NCBI GenBank assembly: GCA_965112155.1
Contig: OZ218101.1
DNA: 64,000 bases
Direction: 5' to 3' (one strand)
From: Podarcis liolepis
Taxonomy: Eukaryota
Positions 25,105 through 37,200 of the stretch are shown one piece after another. Under the pieces are notes generated by a model. It was not told the origin of the DNA. It saw only the letters and a list, made by a program, of their open reading frames with translations, and did not search any database. Every line of letters starts with the position of its first letter. Position 1 is the stretch's first letter. A program made the position numbers and the translations under genes.

Positions 25105-26450
25105 GTGGGTACTCTTGCTTTTTTCTAAAAATATAATTCCACAAAAAGAGGAACTTCCCATATTTTACATTCCCTTGGGGTGATCAGGGTTTTTTTCAGC
25201 TGGAACTCACTGGAACTATGTTCCACCACCTCTTAGATGGGTGCCATTGCCATTCTAAGAGAATGAAGGAGGTGTTCATGAGGAGTTCTGGCACCTCTTT
25301 TTCTAGAAAGTTTCCTGCTCGAATGACCAAGCAAGCTTTACACAATGCATTTGTGTTGATTTCATAACAACCGATGAATGAATGAATTAAACTTATTAGA
25401 TTTCATGATGTTGGTACTTATTACCAACTAAGAGTATTCTTTTTAAAGAAAACATTTTTGCCATCTTTCTTGAAGTAACAGACAGTTTTTCAACTCAACC
25501 TTAGAGAAAATACTACAATTCATATGTCCAAGATCTCACTTTTTATGTGAACAATTATTTTTAAACAGCAGTTGTGAGCTTAAACACCTCACCATTTCAG
25601 GAGCATGCACACAAACAGCTGCCACTTAAAAGTATTTGTCAGGAATCCAAAGTAAACCTAGCTAAGCTTTGCCATTGGTGAAAAACACATGGGAACTGCT
25701 CACCCATCCGATTTCTGTGCAAGAATATTAAAGTCATGATAGTTATTTTAGTAGCCACTGAATCTACAGATATTGTTGGAGCACAACTCCTATCTCCCCT
25801 AACCATTGGTCATGTTGGCTAGGGCTGATCAGAATTGTGAGTCCAGCAACATCTGGAGGACACCACATTGGCTACCCCTATGCTAGAGGAAGGTAGCAGT
25901 TCATAGTTAACCTCCAACAGGACCTTCCCTACCACAGTATTTATTTAGCATAAGAAAAGAGTGTCAAATTGTCACTTAATTAGATGGAAGTTGTTACTAG
26001 CCTCTAATGCCAAAAGCACCTGATGCCCACAGTACGAGAATGTGATCCTCTGTGTGTGGTGCCAATTCATATGTTTCAAGAATATCACAATCTCATTTTA
26101 TGTTCCTCTATCCACCCTCTCTTTTTAGACTGAGAGAGAATATCCAAGCCTTACTTATTGAGCTTCATGGCTGCACAAAGATCTGAATAGCCACAGTCAA
26201 ACCCAATATATTGGCTGCTGACTCCCAATAACTCTCACCCTGATTGCTACCCTTTGGTATATCCTTTACCACCATGCTCTGATTATGAGTCCATCATCTT
26301 CTTTGTGCTGTTTGTGAGCATTGCAGTTTCCTGTTATTCCCGGAGAGAAGCAGCTATTAAAATTTACAAATATTGGAATTGGTTGCTAGTGTATCAGATG
26401 AGGTTAATACTAGTGTAATTAATAGCTAGACATCAATAACAAATACTATA

Positions 26451-26677
26451 TAGTATCTTTCTCTTTTATAGATATGTGGGCCCCTTTCAGAAATTAATTT
26501 TCTATATGAAGTACCATCTTTTTCTGTCTATAAGATGCCCCTATGTTATGTATAGGACACTCCCTATTACTCAGATTTAAGAAAATGGGGGGAGATGTAT
26601 CTGTGTATAAGATGCCCCCTAATTTTTTACATTATTTTAAAGGAAAAAAACCTAGTCTTATACACAGAAAAATCTGG
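26451..26677. mobile_element. Decayed Tc1/mariner-type MITE
   Basis: Right end GTCTTATACACAGAAAAATCTGG-TA, repeated internal TATAAGATGCCCC; left TIR degraded. Confidence 0.5.
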
Positions 26678-26972
26678 TAGTTGTGTGGTCTTCTGAACTG
26701 CAGCGAAGTAGACTCTGTTTGAAATTGTGAAACACACAACACAATGGGGCATTGTAAAGTGTTAAATTTGCATTACTTGATTAAACCACAAACAGCAGCT
26801 TATTTTATTTTATATTTATTTATCATTATATTTATATCCCACCTTTCCTCCAAGCAGCACAAGGTGGCATAGATGACTCTCTCCTTCACCATGTTACCCT
26901 CACAACAACCCTGTGAGGTAGAAGTTGTGTGTTAATACCTTTTTTCCATGTAAATATTTTTCTCCTGTCTAG

Positions 26973-27147
26973 GCAAGCAAAAGAGGGACCATAACTAAAA
27001 GCATTATACCAAGGAACGATGAACCCAATCTATTCTACAGTATTATTGTTGTTGATAAAGTCCGTGATATTGATAAAGGAGAGTATACCTGCAATGTGAC
27101 AAGTGGCCTATCTGTGAGATCAGTTAAAACAACTGTTCATATTTATG
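26973..27147 (+). CDS. FLT1: FLT1 exon 7 (Ig domain 3)
   Basis: gtctag|ASKRGTITKSIIPRNDEPNLFYSIIVVDKVRDIDKGEYTCNVTSGLSVRSVKTTVHIY|gtaaga; 175 nt. Confidence 0.95.
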
Positions 27148-27351
27148 GTAAGAAACATTATGTTTGTGCAGAATGTATGATATTCATATTCCAGGGCAAT
27201 GAATGGAATACTTAGTGATGGATGACTTTTGTGTAAAAGACCAGGGTTGCTGTCCCAATTTGTGTTATATCTGTGTGATCAAGTGGCTTCAGTTATACTT
27301 GTCCAGATCACTATCTTAAACACATAATTTTATTTGATTTATTTTTTTAAG

Positions 27352-27469
27352 ATAAACCATTCATCAGTTTGAAATATAGAAGAAAAAATGTACTGGACGT
27401 TATATCTGGCAAGAAGTCCTATCGACTTTCTATGAAAGTGAAAGCGTTTCCTGCACCAGAGGTTGTATG
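27352..27469 (+). CDS. FLT1: FLT1 exon 8 (Ig domain 4)
   Basis: tttaag|DKPFISLKYRRKNVLDVISGKKSYRLSMKVKAFPAPEVVW|gtagga; 118 nt; AAG acceptor. Confidence 0.95.
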
Positions 27470-29330
27470 GTAGGATTACACTTTTTTTCTGCATACAGAA
27501 AGAAGCTACTTATTTGGAAATATAACATGCTTGCTCAGGATTATACATTGCACCTCCAAATAAAAAGATGAATAAACATGCCCTGAAGTGAACTTGGAAT
27601 AAATTATTTGTTACTGTTAATATGCATATTTTCAAAGCTTACAAAGTAGCCATGTTTATTTCACTTAGGGTTGCCATATTTCCCGGACACAGCCGGCCAT
27701 CGGAAATAGTGTCTGGATAGAAATCGCTGAATGCCAACAACTTTGGCCCCCCAAAAAGCTCAGCATATTTAAGCTTTTTGAAATATGGCAACCTCCGTGC
27801 ATATTTGTCTTGGGGCAAAGGCAGGGAGTTACTGCAGTTACTGTATTAAGTGTGCTTATTCAAAGTAAATCCTGTGGCATTCAGTATAATATACAGGCAC
27901 CTCCCCACTTAGGTGGGGGTTATGTTCTCGGGTACTGCACATAAGTGTGAAATTGCATATAGTGGGGAACACAATCTAAAAAGCCTGCAAACACCTTCTA
28001 AACCTTTGGAAACCCTTAAAAAACCCTTTTAAAAGCCAGCAGCATTTACCAGACTGGCATGAATGGTGGCAGTGGGGGCTCTTGGTCTTCCTCATTGCTG
28101 GAGGATGATGCGGAAACTACAAACTCCAACCATCCACAGAACTCAAAGTTTGGTGCAAAGGCTCATGGGATTGCAGTTGCAAAGGTTCCTTGGCTTGCTG
28201 GCCATTTTCCCATTCTTTTTGCATCCTTTTTGCAGTTTCTCCACTCTTTGGGGGTCATTTTTGCCCTTTTTGCAATTTAAACCAATTTATTTCATTATTT
28301 CCTGGTGCTGCATGTTTACGCGATCGCGCATGAGTCAAACACGTGCAATGTTTAAGGTTCAAGCTTGGATTCAAATGAATCTCTGGCAGACTCTGTGTTG
28401 GATTCACCCATCTTAACCTGAAAAGCAACCTTGGAGGCCTTCACCTGCCATTAGCATTTTAATTGTAAGGTCCTTTGTCTTCATAATAAAAGTTGTCACA
28501 ATCCCACCACAGGAACCCACTCCCCACAATGGCTGGTATTTCACTGTGGCAAGGGACAGGCAGATAGCAACACACATTTAATGTCACATTTAGTTTGGCC
28601 CTAAGAGATGACATAATTATTTTTGGTGACCCATTCTTTCTAAACTTGTTTTATACAACTTCTGCACACTATCTTAAGAAGCCTTTCACGGAGTGCTTTG
28701 GTATAATTTTAATAGAAAACAATGTTATCAGTTTTGATCTCATTTTCGTCTTTGTTTTTGTTTAAATAATTGTAAATGTCAGCAGCTGTGGTTGAATTCA
28801 TTACTGTTAAATGCTGTGTTACAAGCTGAATAGGACAATTCCTTACATGCATGTAGAGTGCTAGTTCACAATACTTATTTTTGGAGGGTTTTTTAGCATA
28901 GCTGCACATATATTTTAACACTTGCATTTCATCTACACTGTGTGTTTTGTTGTGTTCTCTGGAATATGCAAAGTGTATAGATGGACTTCTTTCACAGTTT
29001 GAGAGCAATTAGGTTCCCTGCCACTGCTCTTCATTTATTAGCCGTCCTTTAGAGACTGGAGAAATACAGCATGCAACAACTTTGCATTACACATATATTT
29101 TTCCAAATGTTACTAAGGAGGTGTGTGGGAAGAATGTTAATCATCAACAGCCACCCTTTCCTTGTAAGATGTAATTAACACCCCCACCCCAGCACACGTT
29201 ACTGTTTTAAAACATTTATAAGCTTTGGGACCCAATTTGCTTCTTGAGCACAGATTATATTTGACTGATGCTTCCTGTGGAATATACATAAATAGTTGCA
29301 GAATTATGAATTCTGGTTGTCTTTTAATAG

Positions 29331-29500
29331 GTTGAAGGATGGGTTACCTGCTGCTGAAATGTGTGCCCGGTATATAATTAAAGGTTATTCACTAATCATA
29401 AAACATGTTGCTGAAGAAGATGCAGGAAAATACACTATATTGCTGAGCACTCAGCAATGGAACTTGCATAAAAACTTGACAGTCACTCTGAGAATAAATG
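29331..29500 (+). CDS. FLT1: FLT1 exon 9 (Ig domain 4)
   Basis: taatag|LKDGLPAAEMCARYIIKGYSLIIKHVAEEDAGKYTILLSTQQWNLHKNLTVTLRIN|gtaagt; 170 nt. Confidence 0.96.
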
Positions 29501-29828
29501 GTAAGTTGACAACACGATTTATATTAATGACTTATTTCTTATTATTTTATTATTTATTAAATTTGCATACTGTCCTATACCTGTAGATCTCAGGGCGGTT
29601 CACAACATAAAATAACAATATAAAAAAACAGAAAATACATAATAAAAACAAAAACAAAGGCAACCCAATAACTCAATAATGATTGTAGTCTTAATTGGAA
29701 TAACTTCAGCCTGGCAACAGCATTAGTTCCTAAGAGTTGAGGGTCTTTCTTGTTTACCTTTAAAGATAATAAGGTACATGTTGTTTCAGCAATTTGATTT
29801 TTTGTGTGTTGCTGGTTTTATTTTACAG

Positions 29829-29985
29829 TGAAACCTCAGATTTATGAAGAAGTGTCTTCAATTCCTGGTTCTAATCTTCATCAAGTGGGAAGTAAGCAAA
29901 TCCTAACTTGCATAGTTTATGGTAATCCTCAACCTACAATAAAGTGGACCTGGCAACCTTGTCAACAGACAAATTCCTCAGCAAG
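29829..29985 (+). CDS. FLT1: FLT1 exon 10 (Ig domain 5)
   Basis: ttacag|VKPQIYEEVSSIPGSNLHQVGSKQILTCIVYGNPQPTIKWTWQPCQQTNSSAR|gtagat; 157 nt. Confidence 0.95.
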
Positions 29986-30939
29986 GTAGATCATTTTAGT
30001 TTCTTGTTTGCAATACCCTTCCATTAGCCTTCTATGTTGTTGTCTGAAGTCTCCTTCAATATTTATAACTCATGTTATGCAATTTGTGGTTATAAAGCTA
30101 CAAATCGTACTTTGAATTAATGACATTGGCATTTATAGTTTGCATATGTAGGATGTTCCCTGACAGAAGAGAAGGGAAGTCCTTGGTATAGCCCAACTGC
30201 ACTGGGTAGCTTGGAGGCTTGCTGGAGGAAGCTGGCTTCAATAACCTAGTACTCTGATGGTTTGATGATAGATAGGTTAGATTTATCCCTTAAGCAGCCC
30301 TGTGTAAAGCTGTTTTTGGGATGGAAGGTGGCAATGTCTCATACTTTACAGAGGACAGTCCTGTTTGAAGGTGTCCTCTATTCGAAGGGCTGTCCAGTCA
30401 AAGTCTGGTTTAAAGTACCGGTTCTTGAAGTTGCCTATCAGCAGTTAGAACCTGGTCAGCAAACTGAGCAAGCACATGGGTTTCAGCCTTTTCGACTATG
30501 ATTGGAAGCATTGTATTTTTATTTAAATTATAGTACATTGTATGCAAATTCCTTCTTTTTGATGATGCATAAGTGGACACACTCCTGGGAAGTGAAGGAA
30601 CCACCACATTTCCACTCTATACTCTGAGCTCTCTGGAGAGGCAGAGGACTAAGTATGGCTTACCACCTCCATTTAGAGCAAGGATGGCTAACCTGTGGCC
30701 AACCAGATGTTGTTGAACTACAGCTCTAATCATCCCAGACCATTTACCATACTAGCTGGGGCAGATCAGTGTTGAGCAAGGCAAGGAAGGAGCCAAACCC
30801 ATATGATCCTTTGAATTGAGAAGGGGACTACCCCTTCACAGTTTCAGGAACCATGTGGGAGGATCTCTTTCATCCCTGAGATTGCTTCAGAGGCTAAAAG
30901 AGAAAGAAACATGCACTCTGACACTCCTTCTGGTCCTGA

Positions 30940-30991
<52 letters not shown>

Positions 30992-31050
30992 GTAGTAGTA
31001 GTAGTAGTAGTAGTAATATTTATACCCCGCTCATCTGACTGGGTTTCTCT
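30940..31050 (-). repeat. Compound (AAT)17(AGT)8 microsatellite forming the tail of a very short L2-like remnant
   Basis: Repeat at 30940-31014 abuts TTTATACCCCGCTCATCTGACTGGGTT, which resembles the tail-adjacent sequence of the L2-like piece at 33416-33660. Confidence 0.75.
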
Positions 31051-33261
31051 ATGATACTATCATAGAGGGGTGAACTCTTCACCAGCTTGAACCCAGGAAA
31101 GGAACAGGTCTTGGCAAGAATCTTCCCAAGCCACATATTATTCCTGTAGAGGCTTCAGGATCAATAGGTGGGAACACTTGCATGCACCTTTAGGATTTCA
31201 CAACTTTCATAGGGATTGGACAGCTGTCACTTCAGTGTCTATTCAAATTGGGTGCTTTGCAACCCAGACAGGGTGGGGGTGGGGGTGGGGGTGGCTGTTC
31301 TCAAAGACAAATCCATTGAGGCTGAAAGCCCTGGTGTGGGATGAAGATCAAAAGGATGAAACATTTCCTCCTTTTTGCCTGTCCTTATTATCCCGCCCGT
31401 GATATTTTCTTGTAGTTTTTTTTTTTCATCAGAAGGGCATGTTCTCAAAGGCACTTGCTGTAGTTTCATGTTTTCACAACAGATGAACTTTCCTCACTTG
31501 TTTGTCCTGAGATAATAAAGGTGTGGTCTTCACTTCTGCAGAAGTATTTGAAAGAGCTTTCTGTTTCCCAAAGTCACTCTCTTGCCCTGAATGACATCAG
31601 CCAGAGCCCAGCTAGACTTGGATTCTCAGGAAAACTAATAAAATCAGCCTATGTGAGATTACCAGTGATCTGAACACTGACCTGTTTATCTCGCATAAGA
31701 TCTAGAAAAAATTGCTTTGCATCAACTCCATTTCCAAAATGTTCTTTTTAGGAAGCATGTCCTACAAAAAACAAATAGATTAGCAGGGGGATTCATGCTA
31801 GAACAACTTTTTTCTATCTGTTATAACAATTGCTTCCTAATGAAAAATTTAGTAGCTATGCAAAGGGTTCATTAAGTTGATTTGCAGTTACAATATTATC
31901 ACCAGATTGATTGGTGATATCTTCAAGCAAGCATCAATCTATGTGGAGAATCCTGTGCAGATGTTATATCAGTCATGTGGAACCGCTTGTCATCCACAAC
32001 ATCCTTTTTCTGTAACAGAGTTATTTATTTAATTTATGAATTGCTTCCCGTGAGGCATCCTGAAGCAGTTTACAATACAATAAAATCATATAGAGAACAA
32101 TTGCAGAAATAAAAACAGTGAAAACATTTGCTTTTATAAAAACAATTTGAAAAACTACACACACAAACAAACCAAATTTAAAACAGGAACAAAACAGATA
32201 TGAAATCAGTTCAAATCTTATATAGATACCAACTGGGTTCAAAATCAGTAAAGAACTTTCAGTCCCTCCATCTACTTTCCCACAGAGGGCCAAACTAAAT
32301 GTTCACTAAATGCATAGCATGCAGCCACACATTTGCCTTTTTTTCTTTACTTGACTACTTGAACAGGGAGGCTGACTGTTATCAGGAAGGAAGCACATGG
32401 GGTGGACAGGCTTATCTCTTCCCTCCACAGCGCAATCAAAATAATAACCCCTTCTTCTGTGTAGCTAGGAGCCTTAGGGGAAAATTCCCATTAGTTCAAG
32501 TAGGACCTTTCCCCCCTCTCCCACTTTTAATTACATGAGAAAAATGTAATTTGTAGCTGCATGCTATATATTTTGTGATCATCTAGTTTGGTCCAGAGAC
32601 TACTTTGATTACCCTTTCAGCAAAATCAGTGAGAAAGATGTCCTGCATATGCACAAACAAAATGAACAACAGCTCTGTCCAGTAAATGTACTTGTGGAAC
32701 TCCATTTATTTCATTTGGATTTGATTTAATAAAGTATTAGAAATGTAGATACAGCTGAAGTTTTAGCAGCATTACTACTTTGCTATGACTAAATGGTCAA
32801 ATTCCTAACACCTTCAATATGAACATAGTCTGCCAGTTTAATTACAAATCTTTACTACTTATTTTAAAGTGGCATTAAAGAAAAGACTGAATGGCAGAAT
32901 CATTAGTATGTGCTTGGGTAGTTGTTGAGAGGCAATGTAGCTTAGAATACTAATGAAGCATGCAAAATTACAAGAACAAGTGTTAATTGTGTGTGTTTAG
33001 AAATGATTGACCTGCCCAAATTTAATTGTGGGTGTCTGCAAACATGGAAGATCATTAGTGTGTGTGTGTGTCTGCTTTCACCATGCCAACCCTGTAGGGT
33101 GATGGTTCCAAATCTTGGTTTAGTTAAAGGTAAGAGCATATGTAAATCTGGTGCACTAATAATGTAGATGTTTATATGAAATAATGGTAATAGTCTGGTC
33201 CTATTGGTGCCTGAAAATCCAGCACACTCACTGGACACCTTTGGCATCCTTTCCCTAGTCA

Positions 33262-33414
33262 CAAGCTGTATGAGGAAGGTTGAGGGATTGGGTATGTTTA
33301 TCCTAGATAAGAAGAGACCGTGCAGAGATATATAACCATCTTCAAATATATAAAGGGCTGTCACATGGAAGATGGAACAGGCTTGTTTTCTCCTGCTGTG
33401 GACCCAAACCAAAG

Positions 33415-33458
<44 letters not shown>

Positions 33459-33892
33459 TTGTTATCTTTATGCTGCTTATCTTACTGGGTTGCCCCAGCC
33501 ACTCTGGTTGGTTTCCAGCAAAATATAAAAACACAATAAAGCATCAAATATTAAAAACTTCCCTATACAGGACTGCCTTCAGGTGTCTTCTAAAAGTCAA
33601 ATAGTTGTTTATCTGTTTGATGTCTGATGGACGGGTGTTCCTTAGGGAGGGTTCCACTGGAAGGCCAGAAAGGAGATTCCAACTAAACGTCAAGAAAAAT
33701 TTTGACAGTAAGGGTTGTTTGATAGTGGAACAGACTCCCTTAGAAGGTGGCGTGCTCTCATTCATTTGAGGTTTTTAAGTAGAGCTTGGATGGCCATCTA
33801 TCATAGAAGCTTTAGTGGAGATTCCTGCACTGCAGGGTGTTGAACTATGTGATCCTCAGGGTCCCTTTCAACTACAGTTCTATGATTTTATT
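33262..33892 (+). mobile_element. CR1 LINE 3' fragment interrupted by an opposite-strand L2-like 3' end (about 33416-33660) with an (AAT)14 tail
   Basis: CR1 ORF2 remnant YITIFKYIKGCHMEDGTGLFS; CR1 3' UTR GATTCCTGCACTGCAGGG...GGTCCCTTTCAACT..TTCTATGATT; insert encodes YLTFRRHLKAVLYREVF on the minus strand. Confidence 0.8.
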
Positions 33893-33941
33893 ATATGTAG
33901 TCAATGGCCCTACCAACATGAATAACAGGGATATTCTACAT

Positions 33942-34272
33942 CATGGGTAGGCAAACTAAGGCCCAGGGGCCTGATCCGGCCCAATCGCCTTCTAAATTGG
34001 GCCCTCAGACGGTCTGGGAATCAGCATGTTTTTACATGAATAGAATGTGTCCTTTCATTTGAAATGCATCTCTGGGTTATTTGTGGGGCCTGCCTGGTGT
34101 TTTTACATGAGTAGAATTTGTGCTTTTATTTAAAATGCATCTCTGGGTTATTTGTGGGGCATAGGTTCATTTGCATTTGTTCATTCCCCCCCCAAAAAAA
34201 ATAGTCTGACCCCCCCACAAGGTCTGAGGGACAGTGGACTGGCCCCCTGCTGAAAAAGTGTGCTGAACCCTG
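33942..34272. mobile_element. hAT non-autonomous element
   Basis: Termini CATGGGTAGGCAAACT / AGTGTGCTGAACCCTG; perfect 8-bp TSD TTCTACAT (33934-33941 / 34273-34280); internal duplication of about 70 bp. Confidence 0.88.
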
Positions 34273-37200
34273 TTCTACATGGTGCCCTCTGGGTGCTACA
34301 TTCCAGCTCTCATCCATCCCAGCCCTCATGGTCAATAGTAAAGGATAATGAAAAGTGTTGTCTGGGATGATGGGACACCACATCAGTGACTTTCAGTGGC
34401 TTTTGCTTTATGCAATTTGCCCACAAGGCTACTAGGACATTAGTGTATTGGCTCCCACTCTTGGACACAGTACTCAAACTCTCAGCTCAAAAAAACTGGA
34501 AAGCTTTCTTTAAGAAGTTAGCACAGGGTCTCAGCATCAGTTCACAATACAAGATACACAGTTCAAAAATCCATAGGCAGTTATAAGATCATCTGTGTGG
34601 TTACCATCATAAGACAGAAGACTTGAGTTTGCAGGTTAGTGATTCTGGGGGTGGGGAAGAGGATACTGGGTCTGTTCATGCAGATGACTTCATATCTTTG
34701 GTAATGGAGTCCAGCCTCTGATTCTCCACCTCAGCCGGCTCTGCTGATCTTTCAACCGCCTCTTCAGCTACTTTGTGGAGCTCATTCTCTGGAGGCAGTT
34801 CTCTAGCAATGGGTTGGGACTGACTCCACCAGCTTCTCTTTCCTCATGTACATCTTTCAACAGCAGGGTAGAACCCTCCTTCCCATCACTGCCTGAACTC
34901 TCCCCACTTCCTATTCCACTGTCCTCATCTTCCCCTGAAGGATCCTGCCATTCCTGCCCCATCTGCCATGGACCCCAAGACAATAAGTTATTTTGAAATA
35001 AATGGGATTTACTTCCAAGTGAATGCACTGTAGATCAAGGTGCGAGGGTCTTTATGCCACTTTTGTAGTGTAAAGGAGCCTTTTAGTTGGGTATTCATGT
35101 AATTCAGATTTAAACTTCTTTAGTGTGCAGTGAATGAACCATCATGTAAGGTAGAACCAAGTCCTACAGTTGACATATAGCTTAAAAAGAAACGTGTGTT
35201 TTATAGAGATGGGACAAAGTATAGGGTATGCAAAAAATAAAAAAGTTTGTGGAAAGGAAAAAAAGGAGATTTCTGCCCTCTCCATTCAGACAAATAGGAA
35301 AAGGTAAAACAATTCAGCTAATATATTCTTTGCATTTATTCAGACTAAACAAATGGTAAGATAAAGCAAATAATTATATGCCCTGGCCTTTTATTCTGAA
35401 TCAGATTTTGGTAGCTTCTAATGAACAGCAACTTTCATTCTATGAAACAGGAAGCAAGGACACCGTGGCCCTTTCCAAACATTGCAATTTGCCTCTTGTT
35501 AATAATAACCCTGGAGAACTGGAACTAGCATTGACCTCTCTGTACATAGTGATGATAATTTGCATTGCTTGTTCTTGTCACAGTTAATACAGCGGCCAAT
35601 TATTTCCAACTAATATGCTTGAAACTTTTGTCAAAGGCTTCTTTATGTGTCTCCATTGAACCAAGGTCTTTATTAACCAAGTTCTATCACTATGTGCTTT
35701 AAATCATCATCCTTTCCCAAGTCTAATAAATGATGATGAAGCATAAAACATAAAGGCATAGAAGGATAAATTCTCTTGCTGTTGTTTTTTCTAGAGTCAC
35801 TGATGCGTTGATTCAATCTGGATGGGGAAAATGTAGCAAAGATAGCTAAATGCTGTGGAGAAATTGTTTGAATGGTCTGCTTAGATTCTCTGCAAAAGCA
35901 CAGGTTAGGGATAGGGGTGGAAGTGGAAATGGAATCCAGTGAACTCTGGTTCTGATCTGCACCACTTAGGGCAATGACCAGATCAGATCCAGTGTCCACT
36001 TTGAAATCTGCAGTCCTGCTTCTGAGTCTTTTTTCAGTTTTTAAAGGGTAATTCATGTGACCTAAAGGAGTGGATTACTGTGTGGGGTCCTTGTTCTGCT
36101 GCCATGCACAATGTAAATGCTGTAATTCTCCATGACATGGATAGGACTTGATGTCATGCTGCCACTCTCTGGGAGATTGTACATTAAAATACTTCATTAT
36201 CACCATAGCTCCAGGAGTTGTGTGCAATAGATGGTTCTCTGGGTGGCTCAAATTACCTTTTAAAACTGGAAACAGTTTCAGAGGGAGCCCACAAATCACC
36301 TTGCAAGCAGTTTTGCAGCTTGATTAGGACCCAAACTTTCATAATTATTTTTATTGGCGAAATCTCTCTGAAGAATATGGGAGCTTTCTGTAGAAAAGCA
36401 GAACTTGGGGCAGCATCAAATGGTCACTGGTGTTTTCACAGCAGATGTGTTAATTGTAAGGAAAATTCAGTTTCCCTCCCTGGACCTTGAAATTATTTGT
36501 GTGCTTAATATTAAAAACCATGCTCACTCTTCGTTTTTCCTGGAATGGGACACATATTTAAAGCATTTTCAAGGCAGAGTAATTTCTCTCTTCTGTGGAC
36601 TTTTCAAAAATTAAGAAAACATGGAAATGGCATGGATGAATAGCATGTCAAAGTTTTGCCTTGGGTTCTAAGTGCGTTGTTTTGGCTGTTATTTTGGCTG
36701 AACCCTATGAATGGAGAACATACTAGCCTCTCCTAGCACATAATTGAATAGCACTTGTACATTTTTCCAAGGGATGCAGCTTTTCACCTGATAAGGAAAA
36801 CTAGCACTTCAACTGTAAAATGTCTGCTTGCTTCTTTTAACCTCTTGTTTTCAATTTTATGTTTCAATATCATTCTTTTTTGTGTTTGTATTTCAACTTC
36901 CTAGTTTCTTACAGGTTAAAGAAAATGTTAAGAAGGTTGGGCATCAGAAAAATGATTTACGGATCATGTAGTAAGAGGAAATAGAGCCATTGTCCTCTTA
37001 GAATACAAGATAATGGAATTGTTCAATGAAATTGATTGGTAGAAGGTTCAAAACACACAAAGGAGATAGTGTAGTGTAAGATTAGTGTATGGAAATTAGT
37101 GTATGGGATTCATTGCCACAAGATGCTATTACTCGTATAGTCGTTATCTTAAGTGGCTTAGTTCCATGGGTGATAATATACTAGTTCATAACAACCACTA

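Noticed and set aside
34470-34982. Possible LTR/DIRS-like remnants at 34470-34982, 14590-15022 and 48224-48322
   Set aside because: Composition suggests repeats, but I could not identify both termini, a TSD or a PBS, so they are not reported as features.
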